Shown here in pieces: positions 38,103 to 48,175 of a stretch of DNA of 64,000 bases. Positions within the stretch are counted from its first letter, which is position 1; each line of letters opens with the position of its first letter. The position numbers were made by a program, and so were the translations under genes. The stretch is from a virus. A model generated the notes under the pieces. It was not told the DNA's origin and made no database searches. It was given only the letters and a program-made list of their open reading frames with translations. Where the stretch lies: IMG/VR virus record IMGVR_UViG_3300018868_001080; one strand, 5' to 3'.

Positions 38103-41100
38103 ATGGAAATAAGACCTCTAAATAAAACTACATTTCCGTCATTAAGACTAAGCTATGATCTTGATCCCACGCTCAATGTAAGCAGTGATAATTTTGAAAA
38201 CGAGCAGAATCTCGACATATTGCTCAGCAATTTTCTTAACAATGCCCGGGATGAATCATCTAACAAGTATAGTAATTTTTACTTGACAGACAGGGTCAAT
38301 TTAAGCAAAAATATTGAGTTCAAAGAACTGGCAAATCCTGAAGTGGAAATTCTTACCACATGGCTGGCTTCTGATGCTGACAAACAGCTCAACACAAAAA
38401 CAGACTTCTGGACTGTGGGTAATGATATTGCAGGTGCAACAACTCTGCAAGATGTAGCAGCTTCAGGAATCTTTGTTAGCATTGACAACACATACATTTT
38501 TGATATTCAATTGTTGAACGAGAAAATTTGCAGGGTGGGGCACACATACAATAATTACACCAGATATTTGACAATAAACTATCTCAATGCCACAGGCAAT
38601 AGCTTCTTCTGTCTGGACAATGGTCAAGACCCGTTTGATGCAAATTCAACACAATCGTTTTGTTATTTATACGACAGAAAGAACGATTTTATTGTTCTTT
38701 ACAAACTAATAAATGATGTTGCCCACATTGTGTACACATTTGAAACAACCAAAGATATAAGTTTATCTGTGCCTTTGACATCAGATGATTTTGGTTTCAC
38801 AAATGATCAAATATATCGATGCAGAGCACGTTTTGAGTCCGCTACTAAACCGATTGTTGATAGCATGTGGGTGCAGTACGAGAAAAATTTTAAGAATAAC
38901 AAACTAACTATTGATGACAGACCAGCACCTCTAAATTTATTTTGCCCTTCATATGCAAGCATTGACACAAATTTTTTAATCAACACTGAATACTATAATC
39001 TTTCTGGTAATACATTACCAATCAATATCTTGACTCTCAAGAACACAACAACACCAAACAATTATCAATCCAAGAACAATCCATTTTCAGTGAGAGAACC
39101 TGATATACAGCAACGGCAGTATAGAAAACTTTTCACTGGTACAAATCAAGTTGGGGGACATGACAACATCAAGCTTGGTTACGAGACATTCACAAGCCAA
39201 CGCATATTTGAACCTGATAAATTAACTTATTTTCATGCACCACAAGACTTCTTCCCATATCTGCAGCTCAATGTGCAAGACACAGGCTTGATTGAGAGCG
39301 GAGCCATGGCAGGCAACCACCCATTAAGATCTGACAAAATATTCAAAAAGAAAGCTGGTTATAAGTATACATCTCCCTTTGGTGATACCAGTAGCGAACA
39401 AAACGGCTCTTTTCTTTGTGCTTGGTTGTCAGGCAGTGATAACATAACCAACAGGCCTGTATGGGTGGACAGATATTATTTCCCAGATCAAACAAATTAC
39501 CTTGCAGCCATGACAGCAGCCACCAACCCATTCATAAATTATACTTCTGAAACACAAGGGTTAAGAAACGAGTTACCGTTCATAAAGCAAGTTGTTGTTG
39601 ACATACCAAGCCGGCTTGCATTTGAGCCTGGCACCCTGTATGCATATCATCACATTGGCAAGAATACAATCAATCAATTGATCAGTAATCTTAATTATGT
39701 ATTGTTTGAAAAAAATCTGACCACCTACACAAACACCACATATGATATGCTTACTGGACAGCCAATTGATAATGAACAATTAGAATACATGTTTGATGGC
39801 AATCGTTATGGCAGCACAACTCGAGTCGCAGATGGTGCTGACAATAATTTCAACGAATTTACATTAAACTTCTACATGCATGTAAATGATTGGCAATCTA
39901 ATTTTAGTAATGAAATCGTTGGCAACTATGTGAATGATGGCTTTGGTGTGTACAACACCAACTATGTCACACCATTCATCACTCTGTTGTCTCCATCAGC
40001 AGTCAACATATTCAACACAGATGGTGTGTTGGCTGATAGCAAGAGCTTCAATGCTAAAGTTAACAACATATTCAAATATGATCAATGTGAAGATTATTTT
40101 GTTGTTAAAGCAGATAATTCCATTGCAAGAGTCAACACTGACAGTGTGGTATTGGACACATACAACTTTGGCAACATTGGAAATTCCAGATCCATCTACA
40201 CATTCAATGACAACCTGGCCTTTGTACTGACTGGCAATGCTTCTTCAAGCTTTTATTGCATCAATACTGACACCGGTGGGCTATCTGGCTATAATCAAAC
40301 ACCATATCTGTATGATGCTGCAAATATAATAGATTTTACCAACACAGGATTTTTAAACATCCTCACACACAACAAGCAAATCTACATACTGCAAGGATAC
40401 TCACCACAAATATTGGGTAACAATATCTATTTTAGCTGGGACAATTTTATCTGGCAATACAACACAATCACCAAAGAGAGATACTCTGCATACAAGTTCA
40501 ACACATTAATTGATTTTAATATTGATTTTGATGGTAATCTCTGGGCCTTGCATGACACTAACAAAGTGTCAAGACTGGACACTACAGTTGAAAAGAATGT
40601 GCTGTTCACAAAAACACTTGATTTATCTGGTACATTATCCAATATAGATTTGTTATCATATTTTGAAGGCAATAGTTACAAGAAAGAAATGCTGGTGTAT
40701 TCCCGCTTAAGCGGGGCAAATGCTGCATTAAGGATGGACAAGCTGCAATATGATGGTGCAGTTGCCATGACCACGCTACTCCCTAGCTATCTCTCCGCTT
40801 CTACAACAGATAGCAATAACATCACATCAAAAACTGATACAACAGGTGGTGATTATGCAAGATACTATGTAAGAGAGCAATACTCTGCGCATAATTTATC
40901 AGCAAAAATTAGACTGAGAAATGTTTACAATTATGGCAAGACAGAGAAAATCGATTTAAAGTTTGATTTGTCAGCTGTTGATGTTGGTTATCACCATGTG
41001 AGTGTTCGAGTTGACACATACAAAGGGATAATGTCCATGTTTTTCGATGGTGAGCTAGTAGCAAACCAATTTTTTCAAGAAAATAACTTTATATTTAACA

Positions 41101-41531
41101 ACCTTCTCAAAGAACCATTCTATGCAGGCGCCACACCATCTTTTAATAATAAATCGTTGGCTACTAGATTGAAACAGCGCAACACTTTCTTCGCCAACAA
41201 CACCAAGTTAAAGAACATATACCTGTACAAGAAGCCACTGGATTACTACCAAATTGGTCTGCATGTTAAACAGGCATTAGACTTGTACCCTATTAACTTT
41301 GATTTACCATCTGGTCGTCGCAACATTCTGGATGAAATAGAACACGTCTTTAAGAACAAGATGCCAGGATTCAAGACAGGCATTTTTGATTTGGAAGTTA
41401 AAAACACTGGAATAACAGATCTCGTGATAAAGAATACTCTGGAAAAACAAATCAAGCAAACCCTGGCAGGTTGCATACCCTCATATACAAAATTAAGAAA
41501 CATTATATGGAAAGAAACAGATGCAAGCTAA
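38103..41531 (+). CDS. Large virion protein with LamG/concanavalin-like and propeller segments
   Basis: FT.NFY.. and YHHVSVR.D......FFDG.L LamG halves flank propeller-like repeats; TAAATA 6 nt upstream. Confidence 0.65.
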   Translation: MEIRPLNKTTFPSLRLSYDLDPTLNVSSDNFENEQNLDILLSNFLNNARDESSNKYSNFYLTDRVNLSKNIEFKELANPEVEILTTWLASDADKQLNTKTDFWTVGNDIAGATTLQDVAASGIFVSIDNTYIFDIQLLNEKICRVGHTYNNYTRYLTINYLNATGNSFFCLDNGQDPFDANSTQSFCYLYDRKNDFIVLYKLINDVAHIVYTFETTKDISLSVPLTSDDFGFTNDQIYRCRARFESATKPIVDSMWVQYEKNFKNNKLTIDDRPAPLNLFCPSYASIDTNFLINTEYYNLSGNTLPINILTLKNTTTPNNYQSKNNPFSVREPDIQQRQYRKLFTGTNQVGGHDNIKLGYETFTSQRIFEPDKLTYFHAPQDFFPYLQLNVQDTGLIESGAMAGNHPLRSDKIFKKKAGYKYTSPFGDTSSEQNGSFLCAWLSGSDNITNRPVWVDRYYFPDQTNYLAAMTAATNPFINYTSETQGLRNELPFIKQVVVDIPSRLAFEPGTLYAYHHIGKNTINQLISNLNYVLFEKNLTTYTNTTYDMLTGQPIDNEQLEYMFDGNRYGSTTRVADGADNNFNEFTLNFYMHVNDWQSNFSNEIVGNYVNDGFGVYNTNYVTPFITLLSPSAVNIFNTDGVLADSKSFNAKVNNIFKYDQCEDYFVVKADNSIARVNTDSVVLDTYNFGNIGNSRSIYTFNDNLAFVLTGNASSSFYCINTDTGGLSGYNQTPYLYDAANIIDFTNTGFLNILTHNKQIYILQGYSPQILGNNIYFSWDNFIWQYNTITKERYSAYKFNTLIDFNIDFDGNLWALHDTNKVSRLDTTVEKNVLFTKTLDLSGTLSNIDLLSYFEGNSYKKEMLVYSRLSGANAALRMDKLQYDGAVAMTTLLPSYLSASTTDSNNITSKTDTTGGDYARYYVREQYSAHNLSAKIRLRNVYNYGKTEKIDLKFDLSAVDVGYHHVSVRVDTYKGIMSMFFDGELVANQFFQENNFIFNNLLKEPFYAGATPSFNNKSLATRLKQRNTFFANNTKLKNIYLYKKPLDYYQIGLHVKQALDLYPINFDLPSGRRNILDEIEHVFKNKMPGFKTGIFDLEVKNTGITDLVIKNTLEKQIKQTLAGCIPSYTKLRNIIWKETDAS

Positions 41532-43248
41532 AGAAATAACAAAACTATACAACTACGAGTATGATCGATCACTTGGTGTGCCTAATGCCATGCCTTACAG
41601 TTTGGAATCTATTTTAATACCCAACAATGAAACAGCATACCACGCAACCATCAATGAAGTGTATGCCAAGCTGCAAGCAAATTTAATATACCTATACTCT
41701 CTTACCAAACTAGCAGACAACAACATACCTGTAGACTATGCAAAAATAGCATCTGGGACACCCACAGCTTTTTATGCAGCGTCTGGAGCCTTCAAATGGA
41801 TTTCCACAGATGCCATAACATCCAATCAATCCAAACCATTGTCAAGCTATGGCTTGCCTCAGCTTGACAAGCTCAATGATGGCAAATTCTATGACCGTCA
41901 GGTTGATAGCTTGGAAAATAATGTGGGGTTCTTCGTTTCTGATAGTTTCATATATGCATTAACATCCAATTATACCAACAATACCATTGGTGTGCTAATA
42001 TCAGCAAACAGAGTCACAGAAACCTCCAACGCCACATTTTCAAAACTTAATTCCATAGCTTTTGATGGTGCAACTTTTGTGTATGTCGCAGATGGTGCAC
42101 AAGATTCCATATACAAGTACAATATTTCCAATCTATTTCTGGAGGATAATATAATTGGTAGAAAGATTTTGTATGTTGACAGCCTGGGTGGAACAGGCAC
42201 ATACCAAGACACAAGCAAATTTAATAACCCCTCTTTCATTAACATATACAAAACGAACCTGTATGTGGTAGATAAAGCAAATTACTGCATAAAAGTATTT
42301 GACAGCAATCTCAATTGGAAGACAACATACCGGAGAAAGGCATTGTTTGCACAAAATAATGTTACAGCTTTTAGAGTCAACCCATACAATGATTTGCTCT
42401 ATTTTGGCTTTGAAAACAAATTTACAATCTTAACACCAGATTTAACGATGCCACCACCACCTGAATCACCAGCCATACTCAATCTTAACCTACCATACGA
42501 TGCACAGAGAGTCACCAACTCAAACATTGATGTAAATGATGCAACCATGTATAGTTTGTCGTCATTTCTTCTATCTGGTGAAAATATTGTTGATTTTAGT
42601 TTCTCAAAAATAGATAAAAATATTTTCTATATTATCACTAACAAGAACATATACAAAAGATTTGTAAGCAAACCAGATGTGCAGATTGGCCAGTTTCAAC
42701 TGGCCAGGGACAATACATATGTGGATAATTTTAAATTCAGTTATGTTGAAACATATGATGACAACACTGATAATCTTACCGTTTACGGAAACAGAAATAA
42801 TGCAGGCATCTTCTATTCTTTTCTGGAAGATTCAAACTACACATCAATATTGACTAACAATGATCTGGATTTCTATACAATACAAGAGATTAGAATAAAC
42901 CCTGAAGAGTATTCACAGGATTGGGTATTTTCCAAGGCCAATCACAAAATTTTGCTCAATATACTCACCATGCGGGATCGAATTGTGAAGAGATTTGCTG
43001 GTCAATATGATAATGATGGTAACTTGTTGTTCTTTGGTACCCTGTACCTGATTGACCAAGAGGTACAAAAGGAACAGTTTGATTTATCATTAAATTATTT
43101 TGTCGGAATCAATGAAATGTTCACTAATTCTGTTATGAACAGAAGTATCAGCAAATTATATAGCTTGCAAACACAAATGTTGAGTGTACTGAGAGATGCA
43201 GCAGTAAATGTGTACCCACCTCTTACATCCATCAAGGTGGTTTCTTAA
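41521..43248 (+). CDS. NHL/6-bladed beta-propeller virion protein
   Basis: IAFDG..FVYVADG and FNNPS.I.....LYVVD..N..IKVFD NHL repeats. Confidence 0.7.
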   Translation: MQAKEITKLYNYEYDRSLGVPNAMPYSLESILIPNNETAYHATINEVYAKLQANLIYLYSLTKLADNNIPVDYAKIASGTPTAFYAASGAFKWISTDAITSNQSKPLSSYGLPQLDKLNDGKFYDRQVDSLENNVGFFVSDSFIYALTSNYTNNTIGVLISANRVTETSNATFSKLNSIAFDGATFVYVADGAQDSIYKYNISNLFLEDNIIGRKILYVDSLGGTGTYQDTSKFNNPSFINIYKTNLYVVDKANYCIKVFDSNLNWKTTYRRKALFAQNNVTAFRVNPYNDLLYFGFENKFTILTPDLTMPPPPESPAILNLNLPYDAQRVTNSNIDVNDATMYSLSSFLLSGENIVDFSFSKIDKNIFYIITNKNIYKRFVSKPDVQIGQFQLARDNTYVDNFKFSYVETYDDNTDNLTVYGNRNNAGIFYSFLEDSNYTSILTNNDLDFYTIQEIRINPEEYSQDWVFSKANHKILLNILTMRDRIVKRFAGQYDNDGNLLFFGTLYLIDQEVQKEQFDLSLNYFVGINEMFTNSVMNRSISKLYSLQTQMLSVLRDAAVNVYPPLTSIKVVS

Positions 43249-43289
43249 ATTTTTACGTTTAAAACGTAAATCTATTGATAAATACATGT

Positions 43290-43547
43290 ATGGCTGGAAA
43301 TGCACGATTTCATAACAAGTACCACAGGGCCAATCACCATACTACTCCCTCTGGAGCAATACCTGACAGTGGCTCAGACCCCATAGCATCACCACAATAT
43401 CCATTTCAAGGCAACTTCGTTATTAACGGTGTGCTTTCAGCTAGTGGTGGGTTAACGATGCAAGGCCTATCCGGTATTAATTATTCAGCTACCATTAACG
43501 CTTTAACCTGGACAGGGAAAAATGGAGTGTTGGTGAGCGTGGTATAA
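43290..43547 (+). CDS. Small virion/fibre-associated protein
   Basis: ATG 43290 is 5 nt after TAAATA; MAGNARFHNKYHRANHHT...DPIASP..PFQG.F..NG.LSA. Confidence 0.65.
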   Translation: MAGNARFHNKYHRANHHTTPSGAIPDSGSDPIASPQYPFQGNFVINGVLSASGGLTMQGLSGINYSATINALTWTGKNGVLVSVV

Positions 43548-43551
43548 TAAC

Positions 43552-44253
43552 ATGGCAGACATAAGCATAGTAAAGATTAAAGTTCGTAGAGGCACAGACT
43601 CTGACAGAATCCGTGTGATTCTGGATGAAGGAGAATTGGGGTTCACAACTGACACCAAGCGCTTGTTTGTGGGTGATGGTAATACTCTGGGTGGGGTGAA
43701 CATTGCTAATAAATTTTTAGGCAGAGGACTAAGAGGATCGTTTGGTACTGCTCTTGTTGGTGATACAGTGTATGACGTTTTACAAAACAACATGTTTGGA
43801 CTAACGGCTACACCACCTTCTCTTTCTGCTAATTGGGCGAATTTAGGACCACAGACAGACGATGTTACACTTCAGTACAGAGGCACACCCAACAAGCTTA
43901 GCATCATAGATCATGCCATCACACGTGTGCAGTTGAATGCAGCAGACATTGTGTACTCAGGATTATCTGCTACAGGTGACAGCCAAATCCTACTTGACCT
44001 CGATCAAAACACTCTCAAATTTAATGGTAATAAAGTGTATGTGGACACCACTGTAATATCCATGTCTAGTCTCAAATCCACACCTGTTGGTTTGGCGACT
44101 ACTGGCTTGAAGTGGGATGGGCTGTATATAGTACCAGGAGCAGCAGCACTTGCAACAGACGCCACATACCTATCATTACCATCAAATTCCCTGTTCATTC
44201 TGAATGAACCAACCCCATCCAACTTTTACTACTTGATGATTAAGACACCTTAA
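43552..44253 (+). CDS. Tail fibre protein with Mtd-N-like anchor
   Basis: KIKVRRGT.......LDEGELGFTTDTKRLFVGDG motif. Confidence 0.75.
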   Translation: MADISIVKIKVRRGTDSDRIRVILDEGELGFTTDTKRLFVGDGNTLGGVNIANKFLGRGLRGSFGTALVGDTVYDVLQNNMFGLTATPPSLSANWANLGPQTDDVTLQYRGTPNKLSIIDHAITRVQLNAADIVYSGLSATGDSQILLDLDQNTLKFNGNKVYVDTTVISMSSLKSTPVGLATTGLKWDGLYIVPGAAALATDATYLSLPSNSLFILNEPTPSNFYYLMIKTP

Positions 44254-44267
44254 TATTAAATATTTTT

Positions 44268-46202
44268 ATGGCAGTATTTGAAGTAACAGACAAGACAATT
44301 CTTAAGATCCTCGTGAGACGGGGTCTTGAAGAAGAGCGTGCTTTTGTTCGCCTGGATGAAGGTGAACTTGCTTACACCATAGACACCAAGCGAGTGTTTG
44401 TGGGTGACGGGCTGGGTGGTGGTGGCAATGTGGTGGGCAATCTGTACCAAGGTGCATTTCCTGATGTGGATACTGTGATAGGTTCAGTTGCTGGCTTGCA
44501 ACCTGGAGATACTTTCTATGATACAACTGAATCCACACTGTATGCATTGGGTGAAGATGCTAGCACAAAATTTGACATACACCCACGATATGAAGAGTTA
44601 GTGCTCGAGAAAACCACTTCACCCATTGGCAGATTGAGAATATCTGAAAGTGTATTTGGCAAGAGTGTCATTGGTGTGACTAACTATCGCAAAGCTTTCT
44701 ACTTTGATTATAATACAACTGAACAATTTTATGGTACATACAGAGTGATGGAATTGAATACAAACTATTGGGCCATCACTTCCAAGACTGCTTTCAACCC
44801 TGCAAACAATGATGGTGTATTTTATTTTGGCAACATCAACAGCATTGCACCAGGTCAGGTCAAAAGTGATCTGGATTACAGAATTAATATTAATTGTGCT
44901 GGTCTCAACAAAGGTGCTCTCATTGTGTATGGCACAGGCACAGATGTGTTCACCATTGGTGCAGGTGGTGAGATAGGCAATGCACTGGGCATAACCAGCA
45001 TCATTGGTGCCAGCGGCATTCAATTCTTCCCTGGCACTGACAACAAAAATGACCCATCCAAGAGCGCTCTGTTCTTGAGCTCCTCAGGCACAGCATACTT
45101 TCAGAAAACTGGTGGTTCTGTGCAGCAGCCTGCCTTGTTGGTGGATGGTTTCAGCAGATTCACAAACAGTGTCATGATTGACAACAATTTGCTCATTGTG
45201 GGCAATCTCACTGCACTGGGTGACTTCACAGTGCTGGACACACTAGTAACTACATCTTCTGCGTTGTCTGTGATCAATTCCTCCAACAACACTGCATTCA
45301 CAGTGAGACAAGAGAACAGCAGCAGCTTGTATAATACTGCACTGTTTAGCAACTACAATATACCTAGTAACCGAGTAATCATTGACCGTTATTGCAATGC
45401 TTCATTTGGGACTGGACTTGGTTTGGTCAGCAGAAGTAGCGGCACCACTAACACTGCTGCCATGTCATCCATATTGGTGGCAGGAGGACTCTTTGTTAGA
45501 GATGTGTCTGTGACTGACCATGGTGGATTCAATGTGAGTGTGCGAGGCAGCTCACAACTGCAATCTGGCTTTAATTTCATTGACGGTAGCAATAGTGGTA
45601 ATTACATTTCGAAAGGGCGAGGTATACCAACTTACATGCCAACCAATTTGACATTGCTTGTGGATGGTGTGGATGCTAGCCAAAGTGCAGTCAAAATACT
45701 GAGCCGCCCTACCTATGGTGCAGACTACCCTGCATTAGTTGTTGCATCTGATCAAGCAACTGGCAATGCAACTCATCCTTTGTTCAGTGGCAGATTCAAT
45801 GGTGCTGCTGGTACCCCCAACGCTGGCACACAAACATCAATGATTGCTTCTGACGGCAGTTTTCAATTCAGTGGCAATGGCACAGTGGGAGGCAAGTTGG
45901 ATGTGACTCTTGACATCACTGCATTCTATAGCTCTGATGAAAGACTCAAGGACAATGTGCAAGTGCTGGAATCATCTCTGGAGAAAATTGATAAAATTCG
46001 AGGTGTAAGCTTTGATTGGGCAGCAGATGCACCACATGCAGGCCATGATGTGGGAGTCATTGCACAAGAAATTGAAAAAGTGCTGCCAGAAGTGGTGATC
46101 ACCAGAGAAAATGGCATGAAAGCTGTGAAATATGAAAAACTGGTGCCTTTGCTCATTGAAGGCATCAAAGATCTACATAAATTAATCAAATGCCGCTCCT
46201 AA
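44268..46202 (+). CDS. Tail fibre with Mtd-N-like anchor and C-terminal peptidase S74 intramolecular chaperone
   Basis: ILVRRG...LDEGELAYTIDTKRVFVGDG; C-terminal SSDERLKDN...IRGVSFDW...GVIAQEIEKVLPEVV...AVKYEKLVPLLIEGIK. Confidence 0.9.
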   Translation: MAVFEVTDKTILKILVRRGLEEERAFVRLDEGELAYTIDTKRVFVGDGLGGGGNVVGNLYQGAFPDVDTVIGSVAGLQPGDTFYDTTESTLYALGEDASTKFDIHPRYEELVLEKTTSPIGRLRISESVFGKSVIGVTNYRKAFYFDYNTTEQFYGTYRVMELNTNYWAITSKTAFNPANNDGVFYFGNINSIAPGQVKSDLDYRININCAGLNKGALIVYGTGTDVFTIGAGGEIGNALGITSIIGASGIQFFPGTDNKNDPSKSALFLSSSGTAYFQKTGGSVQQPALLVDGFSRFTNSVMIDNNLLIVGNLTALGDFTVLDTLVTTSSALSVINSSNNTAFTVRQENSSSLYNTALFSNYNIPSNRVIIDRYCNASFGTGLGLVSRSSGTTNTAAMSSILVAGGLFVRDVSVTDHGGFNVSVRGSSQLQSGFNFIDGSNSGNYISKGRGIPTYMPTNLTLLVDGVDASQSAVKILSRPTYGADYPALVVASDQATGNATHPLFSGRFNGAAGTPNAGTQTSMIASDGSFQFSGNGTVGGKLDVTLDITAFYSSDERLKDNVQVLESSLEKIDKIRGVSFDWAADAPHAGHDVGVIAQEIEKVLPEVVITRENGMKAVKYEKLVPLLIEGIKDLHKLIKCRS

Positions 46203-46828
46203 CCCCATCTGATTCAACCCAGCTGTCCATGTCTACTGTCAGACAGTTCTTGGCAGCTTCAGGCAACACATTTGTATCTGGCACAAACAGCAACCTGTCC
46301 TTGTCTGCCATGGAATTGTATTACATGGGCAATGTTACTAGTGGCACCGGTGCCATTGTATCTGATGCAAAGGTTTGCATGTGGCGGCAAATAGAGGTTG
46401 CTAGCCCTGCACCAACTGGCGGTGCTACCAGCAACCCTGGGTTTTCACCTGGTGTCGGAGCATGGAACTACACTGGTGGCACTGGTGTGCCATGGCGCCC
46501 TTCCAGATTCTCTGAATTTCAACGAGCATATTATGCACCACCTTCAGCTGTGGGTTATGGTGTTCCAACAGGTGCCACAAACTCCACTGGCATCATACGG
46601 TTTTCTTTTGCCGGTGGTTCACCTGCTGCATTTGGCAGCGGGAGATACTTCTTGTACCTGACTAGTGGCACTATTGGCTCTGGGTGGTACAGCACAACGT
46701 CGAGTACTTTGGATTTTGGCTGTAATAATGGTGGTAACGCAACAGCATATGTTGTAGATGACAGGTATTGTGGTGGTCAAATGGTGGGTAATGAGATTCG
46801 GGTGACAGGCTCCATCAGTTACCCATAA
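46190..46828 (+). CDS. Putative Gly-rich fibre-tip adhesin (gp38-like position)
   Basis: Follows the S74 fibre. N-terminal 'LSMSTVR...LSLS...P.RFSEF' resembles the ISMS.I..../SFSDF attachment module; Gly/Ser/Thr/aromatic-rich C-terminal part. Confidence 0.5.
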   Translation: MPLLTPSDSTQLSMSTVRQFLAASGNTFVSGTNSNLSLSAMELYYMGNVTSGTGAIVSDAKVCMWRQIEVASPAPTGGATSNPGFSPGVGAWNYTGGTGVPWRPSRFSEFQRAYYAPPSAVGYGVPTGATNSTGIIRFSFAGGSPAAFGSGRYFLYLTSGTIGSGWYSTTSSTLDFGCNNGGNATAYVVDDRYCGGQMVGNEIRVTGSISYP

Positions 46829-46868
46829 GCAGTGATGGATTTTTTTGTCTGCATCAGTAAATTATATC

Positions 46869-48173
46869 ATGATCGCTGAATGGAACGACCAACTGAATGC
46901 ATCATTGCTCTTGCTTGGGGTGAAGAGAGATACCACTGTATTCGTTCTGGCCACACGCAACAAGAAGATTGCTGAATGTGTAGGCACGCCATACAGTGCT
47001 GATTTACTGGACTCGTTCGATGCACACAACAAAGCTAATAATCTTCAGTTTTATGATGTCATAACAAACAAGATTGCCAGCATCCATCCTCAAGCAATTG
47101 TGTCTTGTTTGCATATTGGCATACCCATGACCTTTTCACCTGGTTTCCTAACATCCAGTCACTTGCATGTTGATGAAAGAAGCATTGCTTTTGATGTGTA
47201 CTTTGAGAACATGCAACCGTTGTTGCAAAAAATTAAAGAGTTCAAAGCTTTGGGCATCAGTGATTTTGGTCAAGTACCAGCTCTGAATACTACTGTGTAC
47301 AATTTGAACAAAAAGCTTAATGATCTCAACATCGTAGTTCCAGAGAGTAATATTTTTGGATTCATACCTTTTATTGCAGCCAGCAACACCCTAACGCAAG
47401 CGTTTATACGCAACTATGAAACACTTGACTACTTGCCCAGTGTAGAACATGTGTTCAAAGATCAAAATTTCTTGCTGGAAGCAACTACTTTCTCAGAATT
47501 CTGTGACAAAATCAATGAACCAGCTTTTATTAAAAAAATCAAAGATGTATATGTTTCTTTCTTGAACAAATACCGTGCTGAGTACATCTCCAAAATTGAA
47601 AACGATCTGAACAACATACAACAAATTGTTGACAACACACAGATTAACAACACAATCAACATTACTGATCTCAAAGCACAACTTTTGCTACAGTTGCAAC
47701 AGCTCAAAGAGCTTGATGTGGAGGAAGATTTGAAAGACATCGACTCACCTTACATTGTTTATAAATATTGGCCTTTTAATAACTTGCCACCTGAAGAGCT
47801 TGGATTGAGCTTGCCAGCATTCTTAAGAAAAGATATTACTCTGGTCAAAACACTGCTTAAGTTTACTGATATTGATCACATAACAAACATTCTTATTAAC
47901 CCTACATTCTATCTAAACGATCTCAGGAAAATAAGAGAACAACAAATCCTAACATACAGAGACAACTTTATAAAAGAGATTGAGCAAGATATTATCAACA
48001 CAACTGAGGAAGATGAAATCACAGATTTAAAAGACATCATTAAATTGCTCAGTGATGATAGCAAGCTGTACAAAGAAGAGCTTGAAGCAAAGACAAGCAT
48101 GCAAGAGCTTCTGGAGTACTGGCCAACCATGCTGTACCCTGCACCCGATTTTGTATACAACTATGACCAATAA
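46869..48173 (+). CDS. Hypothetical protein with two tail-fibre-assembly-chaperone-like C-terminal repeats
   Basis: Start set to ATG 46869; two helical units each with YR...I..IE and ending L...(Y)WP...P. Confidence 0.5.
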   Translation: MIAEWNDQLNASLLLLGVKRDTTVFVLATRNKKIAECVGTPYSADLLDSFDAHNKANNLQFYDVITNKIASIHPQAIVSCLHIGIPMTFSPGFLTSSHLHVDERSIAFDVYFENMQPLLQKIKEFKALGISDFGQVPALNTTVYNLNKKLNDLNIVVPESNIFGFIPFIAASNTLTQAFIRNYETLDYLPSVEHVFKDQNFLLEATTFSEFCDKINEPAFIKKIKDVYVSFLNKYRAEYISKIENDLNNIQQIVDNTQINNTINITDLKAQLLLQLQQLKELDVEEDLKDIDSPYIVYKYWPFNNLPPEELGLSLPAFLRKDITLVKTLLKFTDIDHITNILINPTFYLNDLRKIREQQILTYRDNFIKEIEQDIINTTEEDEITDLKDIIKLLSDDSKLYKEELEAKTSMQELLEYWPTMLYPAPDFVYNYDQ

Positions 48174-48175
48174 GT

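Noticed and set aside
43552-46828. Diversity-generating retroelement suggested by Mtd-like N-termini
   Set aside because: No reverse transcriptase, no adenine-variant repeat pair and no C-type lectin variable region were seen in the window.
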